Shown: one piece after another, positions 15,717-24,317 of the stretch
Position numbering within the stretch: the stretch's first letter is position 1
Layout: each line of letters begins with the position of its first letter
Source: a bacterium
GTDB taxonomy: Bacteria > JAMOTN01
NCBI GenBank assembly: GCA_027062325.1
Contig: JAMOTN010000028.1
Location: 1-44,340, forward strand
Reading direction: 5' to 3'
DNA length: 44,340 nucleotides
Made by a program: the position numbers and the translations under genes
Notes under the pieces: generated by a model
The model's database searches: none
What the model was told of the DNA's origin: nothing
The model's input: the letters and a program-made list of their open reading frames with translations, nothing else

Positions 15717-17711
15717 ATGGGAGAGAGGATTTTAATAGTAATTTTTGTGCTTGTTGCTTTTATTATAGGTTTTGTTACGAATGAGAAGCGAATTTCTGTT
15801 TATAAAGAAAAGGTGAAAGTGTTACAACAACAGACTGATGAATTGCAAAAGAAAGTAGAGAACTTGGCAAAGTTTCCTATAACTAAGGGTAATGCTAAGG
15901 CAACAAGTGAGGAAGTATTATGTGCTACTTGCGAGAAGATGCTTTCGGAGTGTAGGTTGTCTTTGAAGGATAAAGAAAAGAAATTGAGCGAAATTTACGA
16001 AAAAATTCAGCTATTTAAAAAAGGTGTTGTTACGCTTTCGGATTTAGAGAGCGCGTTTATAGGTTTAAACAGGCAGTTTCGATCTCGTTATTCTCTTGAA
16101 AATGTTTACAGTTATTTCTTTAGCAATGTTCAACTTTCCAAGAGGCTTGATAGAGTGTTAAAAATGCCTAATTTGGTGGAAATTTTTGGGAATATTAAGT
16201 GGCATTTGCTAAGTGATAATTTAAAATCTAAGATTGCTCCTTATCTTCTGTATAGGTTGATAAGGGGAATAGCGGAAAAGGATATAGTTGTTGATGACTT
16301 AAATTTTATGAATTTTATGTCCCAGGGAGTATTGGCAGATTATTTGTCCAGTAAGAGTTGGAATGAGATGGATCCGGGAGTTTTGCGGATAATTTTTGAA
16401 CTTTTATGGGTGCAAGTGTTTGAGTATGTGTCTCCCAAAGTACTTACCGCTGTAAAGGATGATGTTATAGGAGCATTTTGTGCAGAGGTTGAAAGGCGCA
16501 TAAATTATTTAGAAAATGGTATGGAAGTTAGTCGTCCTGCTGATGTGTTTGTTTTACCACCTCTGTTGAAAAGAAGTATGCTTGTTACAGATCTTAACTA
16601 TAAGATGGCGGTTGTTGATAGAGGGTATTGGATAAAGGTTGCTTTAGTTGATTTGAATGCGCTTCCCTTTGTGGCTTATATGCTGAAAGAAAATAACGTT
16701 GTTTTGAATGTAGGGGAAATAAAGGGGTTAGCAATGAAGGAGCCTGTGCCGTATCAAGTTGAGGGTACCATAGAAGTTGTATTGAGATTTTGGGAATTAC
16801 TAACTACTGAAAATTTGTCTTATTTAACTACTTCAGATAAGGAAACAATAGAAAAGTTAGCTTCTGTTCCATATTCTTTGGGAGATTTGATAAGGAATTT
16901 GGCAATTATTTATGATGTGGATTTAGAAAAAGTATTCGAAACCAGAAAATCTGATGTATTGGCTGATTTTGTGAAGGAGACTAATATAGAACGTGATTTG
17001 TATTACGGAAGGAAGAATCCTAAGGAGTTAGAAAAAATTGCTAGTACGATTAAGGGACCTAGAAAGTACAGAGCAATGTTGTTTTTGGGAAAGGTTACTG
17101 ATAAGTTGGTCAGATTAACAGATTGGGATGTAATGTTGCTGAAGAAAATATATGGTTCAAAGGATTTTACCAAATTGACTTTAAATGCTTTGCAAAGTGG
17201 TTTGATTGCCACACCTTTCTTGAGAGAAGTGATTTTAGCAACGGATTTTACAGCGTTTGAACAGGTAGAACCTGTGTGGTATAACTCTTATCCTGTGCTA
17301 ATGAGAGAAAAAGGTTACAAATGGCAGAATTTGATTAAGGGTTATCAATTGGATTATACGGTGATTTCCGAGTTGGGGAATGTTGATGATCTAGCTAAAT
17401 TTGTGAAGATAGCAGCTAAAAATTCTAAATCTAAAAATGATCAAAATGTGCTACCACAAGAAGAAGGCTTGAAAGCTCTGAAAGAATTGATAGATATTTA
17501 TAAGAATGGTGGTTTTAAAGCGTTTATGGTTAGAGGATTTTATACCAAGTACACCAATGTGTTACCTCTCTTTATGAGAGTGGTGGCTCATTCTAAATTG
17601 TTCAGAGTTGAGGCAGAGGAGGTTTTGAATTTCGCGGATGAACTTATAAAGTCAGGGGACGGAGGAATACTAATGGTCATGTTCTCTCTGTTAAATTACT
17701 CTGAACTTTAG
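15717..17711 (+). CDS. Membrane-anchored hypothetical protein with N-terminal coiled coil
   Basis: GGAGGT SD and ATG 15717; one N-terminal TM; coiled coil containing CATCEKMLSEC; remainder not recognised. Confidence 0.7.
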   Translation: MGERILIVIFVLVAFIIGFVTNEKRISVYKEKVKVLQQQTDELQKKVENLAKFPITKGNAKATSEEVLCATCEKMLSECRLSLKDKEKKLSEIYEKIQLFKKGVVTLSDLESAFIGLNRQFRSRYSLENVYSYFFSNVQLSKRLDRVLKMPNLVEIFGNIKWHLLSDNLKSKIAPYLLYRLIRGIAEKDIVVDDLNFMNFMSQGVLADYLSSKSWNEMDPGVLRIIFELLWVQVFEYVSPKVLTAVKDDVIGAFCAEVERRINYLENGMEVSRPADVFVLPPLLKRSMLVTDLNYKMAVVDRGYWIKVALVDLNALPFVAYMLKENNVVLNVGEIKGLAMKEPVPYQVEGTIEVVLRFWELLTTENLSYLTTSDKETIEKLASVPYSLGDLIRNLAIIYDVDLEKVFETRKSDVLADFVKETNIERDLYYGRKNPKELEKIASTIKGPRKYRAMLFLGKVTDKLVRLTDWDVMLLKKIYGSKDFTKLTLNALQSGLIATPFLREVILATDFTAFEQVEPVWYNSYPVLMREKGYKWQNLIKGYQLDYTVISELGNVDDLAKFVKIAAKNSKSKNDQNVLPQEEGLKALKELIDIYKNGGFKAFMVRGFYTKYTNVLPLFMRVVAHSKLFRVEAEEVLNFADELIKSGDGGILMVMFSLLNYSEL

Positions 17712-17730
17712 ATTTTAGTGGGGTTGAGCC

Positions 17731-19578
17731 ATGAGGTGGTTGGTCAGAAAAGGCGATGTTTCCAAAGTTATAACTTTATCTTCAAAGTATGGGATAAATA
17801 AGCATTTGGTTCATACCCTCGTTGCAAGAGGAATAGAAAATCTTGAAAATTACTTTATTAATGGAAAAAAGGATTTGCCTTCTCCGTTTGAACTGAGAGG
17901 AATTGAAGAAGCGGTAGATATTTTTTTAAACACCAAAAGAAAAATTTTGGTTTGGGGAGATTATGATACTGATGGAGTTACTTCGGTTGCTCTATTAATC
18001 AGATTTATAAATAAGTATCTCTGCACGGATTGCGTGGAGTGGAAAATTCCCAATAGGTTTGAAGATGGGTATGGTATAAATTTTGACAGAATAAAAACAG
18101 AGTCTCCGGATGCAGATTTAATAGTATTTGTTGATTGTGGAAGTTCTGAAAAAGAGGTAATTCAAAAGTTACTGAAAATGGGAAAAAAAGTTGTGGTTTT
18201 GGATCATCACAAAACTGATTGGATACCTGATAATAATGAAAGATTTGCCATGGTTAATCCTAGTATAGATTGGCCTATCAATCTACCAGCGGTTGGTGTA
18301 GTTTATAAGTTGATAACGGCAATTATGGAAAAAATGGGCCGAAATTGGAGAAATAGCTATGTTTGGGAAGATTTAGTTGCGGTTGGGATAGTGTCGGATG
18401 TTATGCCTGTACTTTACGATAATAAAGTATTATTGGAAGAAGGAATGAAGGTGTTAAATAGTTCTCCAATAGTTGGTTTGAAAGTTTTGATGGAGATATT
18501 GGGAATGAATGTGGCAACTCCTAAAAGTCTCGGTTTTATTTTGATACCACGTTTGAATGCTCCGGGACGTGTGGGAGGAGCAGAGTGCGTGGTGGAGCTT
18601 TTATTAACAGATGATGAGAAGAAAGCGTGGGAATACGCAGCTTTAATTGATAAATTAAATAGAGATAGGCAAAGGATTGAACAGAGGGTTAATTCTGAAG
18701 TTAGAAAAATGTTGAAAAATTTTTATAACAGAGAAGAAAATGCTAATCGCCCAATAGTGTTATGTTCTGATAGTTGGCATGTTGGTGTGATAGGAATTGT
18801 AGCCTCAAAACTCAAGGAAGAGTATGGTGTTCCTGTAATTTTGATAACACGCCACGATGATAAGTACATAGGATCGGCTCGAGCTCCGGATGGTGTAAAT
18901 CTTCACAGCTTACTTTCGAATTTTGAAGAGTACTTTGAAGAGTGGGGAGGACACAAATTAGCTGTTGGTTTTACATTGAAAAGAAATAAAGTTGAGGAGT
19001 TTTTAAAGGCTTTGAGGGAGTATAAATTAGAGGTAAAATGTGAGGGGGTTGAATTTAAAGAAAATTTTGTGATGGAGCCTGTTGTGTATGTGGATAAAGT
19101 TTCACAAATTTCAGATTTTAGGGATGAAATAATGAGTTGTTTTGATAGAATGAAGCCCTTTGGCGCTTCAAATGCAGAGCCAATTTTTTTGTTAAGAGGA
19201 GTTAGAATTTTTGCTGCTGGAGATACGATAAGACTTGAGAAAAAGAATGCAATTCTCTATGTGGATGATATATGTATCTCGGAGGATGTACTTGTAGATA
19301 AAATTGGTAAGCAGGTTGATGCCTTGATAAAGGTGGAATTTGGTGTAAAGAATCGAAAGATTACACTTATCGATATTTCAGATCCAAATGAGAAATTTGA
19401 TGTGGATTGGGATAAGTATTTGGAGCCAAGGGTTCTTGTAGAAATTGATGAAAAACAAATTAAGGGAATTTTAGGTAAAATAATGGAGTATGGTGATTAT
19501 ACTTTTGCCAAAGAATTGTGGAATAAGTGGAAAAAAATGAGAAAAAAGAAAGTTATGGGTGTTTCTAAAATGAGTTGA
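17731..19578 (+). CDS. recJ: ssDNA-specific exonuclease RecJ
   Basis: GDYDTDG, PNRFEDGYG, VDCG, DHH, SDVMP, PRLNAPGR, GSAR, GGH, PFGASN. Confidence 0.93.
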   Translation: MRWLVRKGDVSKVITLSSKYGINKHLVHTLVARGIENLENYFINGKKDLPSPFELRGIEEAVDIFLNTKRKILVWGDYDTDGVTSVALLIRFINKYLCTDCVEWKIPNRFEDGYGINFDRIKTESPDADLIVFVDCGSSEKEVIQKLLKMGKKVVVLDHHKTDWIPDNNERFAMVNPSIDWPINLPAVGVVYKLITAIMEKMGRNWRNSYVWEDLVAVGIVSDVMPVLYDNKVLLEEGMKVLNSSPIVGLKVLMEILGMNVATPKSLGFILIPRLNAPGRVGGAECVVELLLTDDEKKAWEYAALIDKLNRDRQRIEQRVNSEVRKMLKNFYNREENANRPIVLCSDSWHVGVIGIVASKLKEEYGVPVILITRHDDKYIGSARAPDGVNLHSLLSNFEEYFEEWGGHKLAVGFTLKRNKVEEFLKALREYKLEVKCEGVEFKENFVMEPVVYVDKVSQISDFRDEIMSCFDRMKPFGASNAEPIFLLRGVRIFAAGDTIRLEKKNAILYVDDICISEDVLVDKIGKQVDALIKVEFGVKNRKITLIDISDPNEKFDVDWDKYLEPRVLVEIDEKQIKGILGKIMEYGDYTFAKELWNKWKKMRKKKVMGVSKMS

Positions 19579-19595
19579 CAGGGAGGAGAAGCAAG

Positions 19596-20120
19596 ATGAG
19601 ACTGGACTACAAAAAACTTATAAGGGATGTACCAAATTTTCCTAAACCTCCTATAATTTTTAAAGATGTGACAACAGTTTTGCAGGTTCCTGAGTATTTT
19701 AAAGCTTGCATAGATGATATGTTGGATGCAGTAAAAGATATGGATTTTGATTGTGTGGTTGGAATAGAATCGAGAGGATTTATATTTGCCTCTGCTATAG
19801 CTTATGCTAAAGGGGCTGCATTTGTTCCTATAAGAAAAAAGGGAAAGTTGCCTTACAGGGTGTTGCGTGAGGAATATGAACTTGAGTATGGTACTGATGA
19901 AATAGAGATTCATGAAGATGCTTTTAAATTTACAAAGAAAGTGTTGTTGGTGGATGATGTTTTGGCAACGGGGGGAACTGCGAAGGCAGCTTTGAGTTTG
20001 ATAAAGAGAGCGGGAGGAGAGGTTAAAGGAGCCTTATTTTTGGTAGAGCTTGAGTTTTTGAATGGACGATCAAAATTGGAAAATGAGTGTGAAGTGAGAA
20101 GTTTGGTTAAGTATCAGTAG
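19596..20120 (+). CDS. apt: Adenine phosphoribosyltransferase
   Basis: FPKPPIIFKD, GIESRGF, RKKGKLP, LEYG, VDDVLATGGT. Likely ATG 19596 after GGAGGAG. Confidence 0.97.
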   Translation: MRLDYKKLIRDVPNFPKPPIIFKDVTTVLQVPEYFKACIDDMLDAVKDMDFDCVVGIESRGFIFASAIAYAKGAAFVPIRKKGKLPYRVLREEYELEYGTDEIEIHEDAFKFTKKVLLVDDVLATGGTAKAALSLIKRAGGEVKGALFLVELEFLNGRSKLENECEVRSLVKYQ

Positions 20121-20148
20121 TTTGTGTTGTTTGTGAGGGGGAAATTTG

Positions 20149-20994
20149 ATGGGGGATCTTAAGGAACTTTTTAGACTTCTTAGAGATGGAGACAAAGTTG
20201 AGAGAGCTCTTGCTGCCAGAGAACTTGGGAAATTTGAACCTTCTCAGGAGATAATTGAGGTATTGATAGAGGCATTGGGAGATCCATATGAATGGGTAAG
20301 GATTAGAGCTTTAGAAAGTTTGCGTCATCACATGCCTGCTAAAAAAGAGTATGCGATTTTATTGGGGAAATTTTATCAATTGGAAGACGATCCAAAAGTG
20401 AGAGCGACTCTTGTGAAAACTCTAGCAGTGTGCGGGGAGTATGGTGTCAGCTATATTCTGGAAGCTTTAGATGATGAGGATATGCGTGTAAAGGCTAATG
20501 CTGTGGAAGCACTGGAAGAGATTGGGTATTTACCCAAACTCGAAAAATTACTACCGCTTGTTTCTTCAGGGCACAGAGTAAGAGCTTCCGTTGTTAAATT
20601 GTTGAAAAAAGGGAAAAAAGATGATATAGCGAGTAAAATTTTAGAAGAGATGATGAAGTCTGGGAATGTTATGGATAGGATAGCAGCTGTCTATGTAATT
20701 GGCGAGATAAAAGATAACGATAAACTAGATTTTGTATTTGAAATGGCTGCTGTGCCTGAAGCTCATTCGTGTGTGATAGGAGCTTTATTGAAGTTTGAGA
20801 ATATTGAGGATGAGATTTTAAAAAGGATTGATAGTATGAGTGAGGAACAGTTGATTGCTGTATTTAAGGTTTTGAGTCGGGTTGGTACTACGAAGTCTGT
20901 TGATAAATTGAAAAAGATTTCTCTTACTCATGAGAGCGGTTATGTAAGAAATGAAGCGTTAGAAACTTTGGAAGATATAACTTATCGTACGTAA
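20149..20994 (+). CDS. HEAT/PBS-lyase repeat protein
   Basis: Repeats LGDPYEWVRIRALESL, DDPKVRATLVKTL, DEDMRVKANAVEAL, YVRNEALETL. Confidence 0.85.
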   Translation: MGDLKELFRLLRDGDKVERALAARELGKFEPSQEIIEVLIEALGDPYEWVRIRALESLRHHMPAKKEYAILLGKFYQLEDDPKVRATLVKTLAVCGEYGVSYILEALDDEDMRVKANAVEALEEIGYLPKLEKLLPLVSSGHRVRASVVKLLKKGKKDDIASKILEEMMKSGNVMDRIAAVYVIGEIKDNDKLDFVFEMAAVPEAHSCVIGALLKFENIEDEILKRIDSMSEEQLIAVFKVLSRVGTTKSVDKLKKISLTHESGYVRNEALETLEDITYRT

Positions 20995-21025
20995 TTGAAA
21001 GTCATATTTTTATTGAGAAGGGATA

Positions 21026-21904
21026 GTGGTGGGGAGAGTTGGTTACTCATTAATTGTTATATTGACTCTCTGTTGGTGTACAGCTAGAACTAGCGCTGAA
21101 GAGGTAGTGGATGCAGCTTACTATATGAAAATTTTAAAGAAAGCTATAAAAGCGGGAAATTGGAAAATAGCGGTTGAATTTTCTGATAAATTAATATCGC
21201 TTTCTTTTACAGATCCAAATGTTTTGTATTATAAAGCGTTTGCTTTGTATAAGTTGGGGAAAGTGTACGATTCGTATGTATTGGCTAGGAAGTTATTTCA
21301 GGTTGTTGATGGGGATTTGAAAAAAAAGGTTGCTCTTTTGTTGATACAGATATACGGTTCGTTGGGAATGTTAGAAAAGGCTAAGGTGTTAGCAGAAATT
21401 TATTTTTCAAAGGATGCTAAAAATGTGGAATTGAAAACTATTGCTGGAATATTTTTGGAGAAGGGGGATATAGCTACTGCTGAGAAATGGGCTGAGCGTT
21501 ACTGGAAAATTTCGGGGAAAGTGGGACCTTATTTGAAAATTTTGGTTCAGGAGAAGATGTGGAGAAAGGCTTATGAAATCGTTAAAGATTTGAGCGAAGA
21601 TGAGAAGTTGGCGTTAGGGGATTTGGTAGTTAAAGTTTATGTGGAAAATGGGAAGTTTGGAGAATTAGCTACGTTTATTTCGTTGGCTTCAAGAAGAGGA
21701 GTGTATATAAAAGAGGCATTGCCTTATGTGGAGAGATTTGTTAAAGCGACGTTAGATTATATGGAGGGGAATAGAAAGGAGATTGAGGAGAATATGTTTT
21801 CATTTTGGAGTGGTGAGGTTAAAAATTTGGTTGATAATTATAAAGAGCGTATAAGGGAGTTAACAGAACCAGCTGAGATTCTCAAAAGGTGTTTGGGAAG
21901 GTGA
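21026..21904 (+). CDS. Exported TPR-like protein
   Basis: Signal peptide; TPR-like YYKAFALYKLGKVYDS and LEKGDIATAEKW. Confidence 0.65.
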   Translation: MVGRVGYSLIVILTLCWCTARTSAEEVVDAAYYMKILKKAIKAGNWKIAVEFSDKLISLSFTDPNVLYYKAFALYKLGKVYDSYVLARKLFQVVDGDLKKKVALLLIQIYGSLGMLEKAKVLAEIYFSKDAKNVELKTIAGIFLEKGDIATAEKWAERYWKISGKVGPYLKILVQEKMWRKAYEIVKDLSEDEKLALGDLVVKVYVENGKFGELATFISLASRRGVYIKEALPYVERFVKATLDYMEGNRKEIEENMFSFWSGEVKNLVDNYKERIRELTEPAEILKRCLGR

Positions 21905-22308
21905 GAGATGTGAGGGTTGTTGGTAGGAATAATAGGGCTTTTACTCTCATAGAGTTGATGATAGTTGTATTAATAATCGGTATACTTGCGGGTTTCGCGT
22001 TGCCTAACTATATGAAAGTAGCAGAAGAAGCGAGGTTTAAAAAGTGCTATGAAGATATAGATATTATTAGAAAAGGTTGCAAAACGTACTTTATGAAGAC
22101 TGGAAAGTATCCAGATAGGCTTGAACAGTTAAAAGGAGCTTATTTGTCTTCAATCCCTAAAAATCCTTGGGGATTTGAGTACTTTATAATGAGTCAGGAA
22201 GTAGTGCTTTCAGGGAAAAAGTGGTTGATTTACAGGGTAAAAACTCAAACTCCTAAAGGAGAGATAGTGAAGATAATAGGACGTATCAGAGAAGATTGGC
22301 TATATTGA
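21889..22308 (+). CDS. GspG-like major pseudopilin / type IV prepilin
   Basis: Class III signal (NNRA|FTLIELMIVVLIIGILAG) and GspG-type YP..LEQL..IPKNPWGFEY. The true start may be GTG 21901 or 21910. Confidence 0.85.
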   Translation: MFGKVRDVRVVGRNNRAFTLIELMIVVLIIGILAGFALPNYMKVAEEARFKKCYEDIDIIRKGCKTYFMKTGKYPDRLEQLKGAYLSSIPKNPWGFEYFIMSQEVVLSGKKWLIYRVKTQTPKGEIVKIIGRIREDWLY

Positions 22309-22328
22309 ATTTAATGGAGGCCCACTGT

Positions 22329-23261
22329 ATGAAATTTGTTAGAGTGGGAGAGTTAGTAAAGGAATTGAATTTAAAGTTACTAGCTTGTGGTTCAGGTTTT
22401 AGGAGGCCTATTTTTAAACCGTTGGTTTCAAGAGCTTCTTTAGAGTTAGCGGGTTTTTTTGGGGCTTTTGATCCCACGAGGGTTGTGGTATTTGGAAGGG
22501 GTGAGGTTAAGTATTTATTGGCTTTGCCTGAAAAGATAGGTAAGCTAAGGTTGTACAAGGTTATAAGTACTGGAATACCGTGTGTTGTTACGTCTTATAA
22601 TCAAAACTTACCTTCTTCATTTTTACAAGTTTTTAAGAGTTTGAAGGTTCCGCTCTTATCATCTCCTTTGCCAACTTCAAAGTTGATTGCGGAGATTGTG
22701 AATTTGTTGGAGAGGAAGTTGTCTCCGGCTGAGAGCATACATGCTGTTATGATGGATGTTTTTGGTGAGGGGGTATTGATTAGAGGGGGAAGTGGAATAG
22801 GAAAGAGTGAAATAGCTTTGGAGCTGATTAGAAGAGGGCATAGGCTAGTTGCAGATGATGTTGTTCTTCTGAGAAAAAGCACATCAGGGGATTTAGTTGC
22901 TTCCTCGTTTCCTACGACAAAGGGAATTATGGAGATAAGTGGAATCGGATTGATACATGTGGCAAAGCTATTTGGTATAAGTGCTATTCTTGATGAAAAG
23001 AAAGTTGATGTAGTGGTGGATCTGGTTCCTAAAAAAGAGACAGAAGCTGTGCGTAAAAAGCTTGGGATGGAAGAGGATACAGTTGAATTTTTAGGAGTTA
23101 GAGTTCCGCGAGTTGAGTTGGAAGTAAAAAGCGGACGAAATATGGCAGTTTTAATAGAGCTTATAGCGATGAATAGGCATGTTAAAAAGTATGATCCATA
23201 CCTTGTTGAGAAAATTATTCTAAGAATTAGAGGTGAGATAGGGGACAATGAATTCTTTTAA
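22329..23261 (+). CDS. hprK: HPr(Ser) kinase/phosphorylase
   Basis: N-terminal LELAGFF domain; HAVMMDVFGEGVLIRGGSGIGKSE, GHRLVADD, GRN. ATG 22329 after GGAGG. Confidence 0.95.
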   Translation: MKFVRVGELVKELNLKLLACGSGFRRPIFKPLVSRASLELAGFFGAFDPTRVVVFGRGEVKYLLALPEKIGKLRLYKVISTGIPCVVTSYNQNLPSSFLQVFKSLKVPLLSSPLPTSKLIAEIVNLLERKLSPAESIHAVMMDVFGEGVLIRGGSGIGKSEIALELIRRGHRLVADDVVLLRKSTSGDLVASSFPTTKGIMEISGIGLIHVAKLFGISAILDEKKVDVVVDLVPKKETEAVRKKLGMEEDTVEFLGVRVPRVELEVKSGRNMAVLIELIAMNRHVKKYDPYLVEKIILRIRGEIGDNEFF

Positions 23262-24030
23262 TTTCAAAAAAGAATTGTTTGATAATGTTCAACCTAAAGC
23301 TTTCAAAGAAGTTTTGAGTAAGCTTGCGGTGCCTGTAGAATTACCTGATGGAGAAATTTACTACAGAGTGAATGTTGTGGCTTTTACTAGAGAGGATTTT
23401 GAATATTTGGAAGAGCTGGTGGAAAGATGTGAAGTTGAGATTTTTGCCATGGGTGAAGAGGTATTGAGATCTGGAAGGGTTATTAGAGCAGTACTGTTTG
23501 ATTTTGAACCAGTTGATGCGAATTGTAATACTCTGGATCATGTTGTTCCAATGGTAATACTCAGAGGATATGCGTATATGAAATTTTCCAAGCTGACAGT
23601 TATGGTGGGTAAGGAATTTGAAATTTTTGCTGAATTGGGTTTTAGATTTTTTAAAAATAGGTGGTGGGTTTTGAACAGTAAGCGAAAGATGATAGAATTT
23701 TTTGCTAAAATAAATGCGTTTGAGACAGCTCACTACATTGATGAATTATTGAGAAGTTCTTACCGTAAGAAAAAAGCTTTTGCTCAGGTGAACTGTGATG
23801 TTCACAATGCCCGGTTGGTTTCTAAGAGGATAGAAAGGGAGAGAAAGGCTCTTGCACGTTTGAAAAAACTACCTGTGTGGAATAAGTTAGATAGTACTGA
23901 TAAAATGATAGCAGAACTGGTTGAGGACAGTTTTATGAGTTTAAGAGAGATTGCGAATAGAGTTGGGTTGAGTAAATCTACAGTTGAGAGAAGATTGAAG
24001 AGAATGTTGACGTTGGTGGAAGAAGAGTAA
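23248..24030 (+). CDS. whiA: WhiA-like DNA-binding protein, divergent
   Basis: LRGYA (LAGLIDADG-like remnant), VNCDVHN (cf. NCETAN) and C-terminal HTH SLREIANRVGLSKSTVERRLKRM. Confidence 0.7.
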   Translation: MNSFNFKKELFDNVQPKAFKEVLSKLAVPVELPDGEIYYRVNVVAFTREDFEYLEELVERCEVEIFAMGEEVLRSGRVIRAVLFDFEPVDANCNTLDHVVPMVILRGYAYMKFSKLTVMVGKEFEIFAELGFRFFKNRWWVLNSKRKMIEFFAKINAFETAHYIDELLRSSYRKKKAFAQVNCDVHNARLVSKRIERERKALARLKKLPVWNKLDSTDKMIAELVEDSFMSLREIANRVGLSKSTVERRLKRMLTLVEEE

Positions 24031-24050
24031 AATTGGTGGAGGTGAATGAT

Positions 24051-24317
24051 ATGAAGGTACAGATTCGAAAGATGAGTAAAGAAGACGCAGAAAAAGAGGG
24101 AATTTTTGATTGGCCAACTTGGAGTTGTGATGTGAGTGAATTTGATTGGGAGTATCCTGAGGAAGAGAAGTGTTATTTTATTCAGGGGAAGGTGACGGTT
24201 GTTGCAGAGGATGGTCAGGAGTATCACATAGAATCTGGAGATTTTGTTGTGTTTCCAAAGGGGTTGAAGTGTAGGTGGATAGTAAAGGAACCGGTTTTAA
24301 AACATTACAACTTCTAG
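24051..24317 (+). CDS. Cupin superfamily protein (DUF861/EutQ-like)
   Basis: WPTWSCDVSEFDWEY..EKCYFIQG..GDFVVFPKGLKCRW..KHY. ATG 24051 after GGAGGTG. Confidence 0.9.
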   Translation: MKVQIRKMSKEDAEKEGIFDWPTWSCDVSEFDWEYPEEEKCYFIQGKVTVVAEDGQEYHIESGDFVVFPKGLKCRWIVKEPVLKHYNF

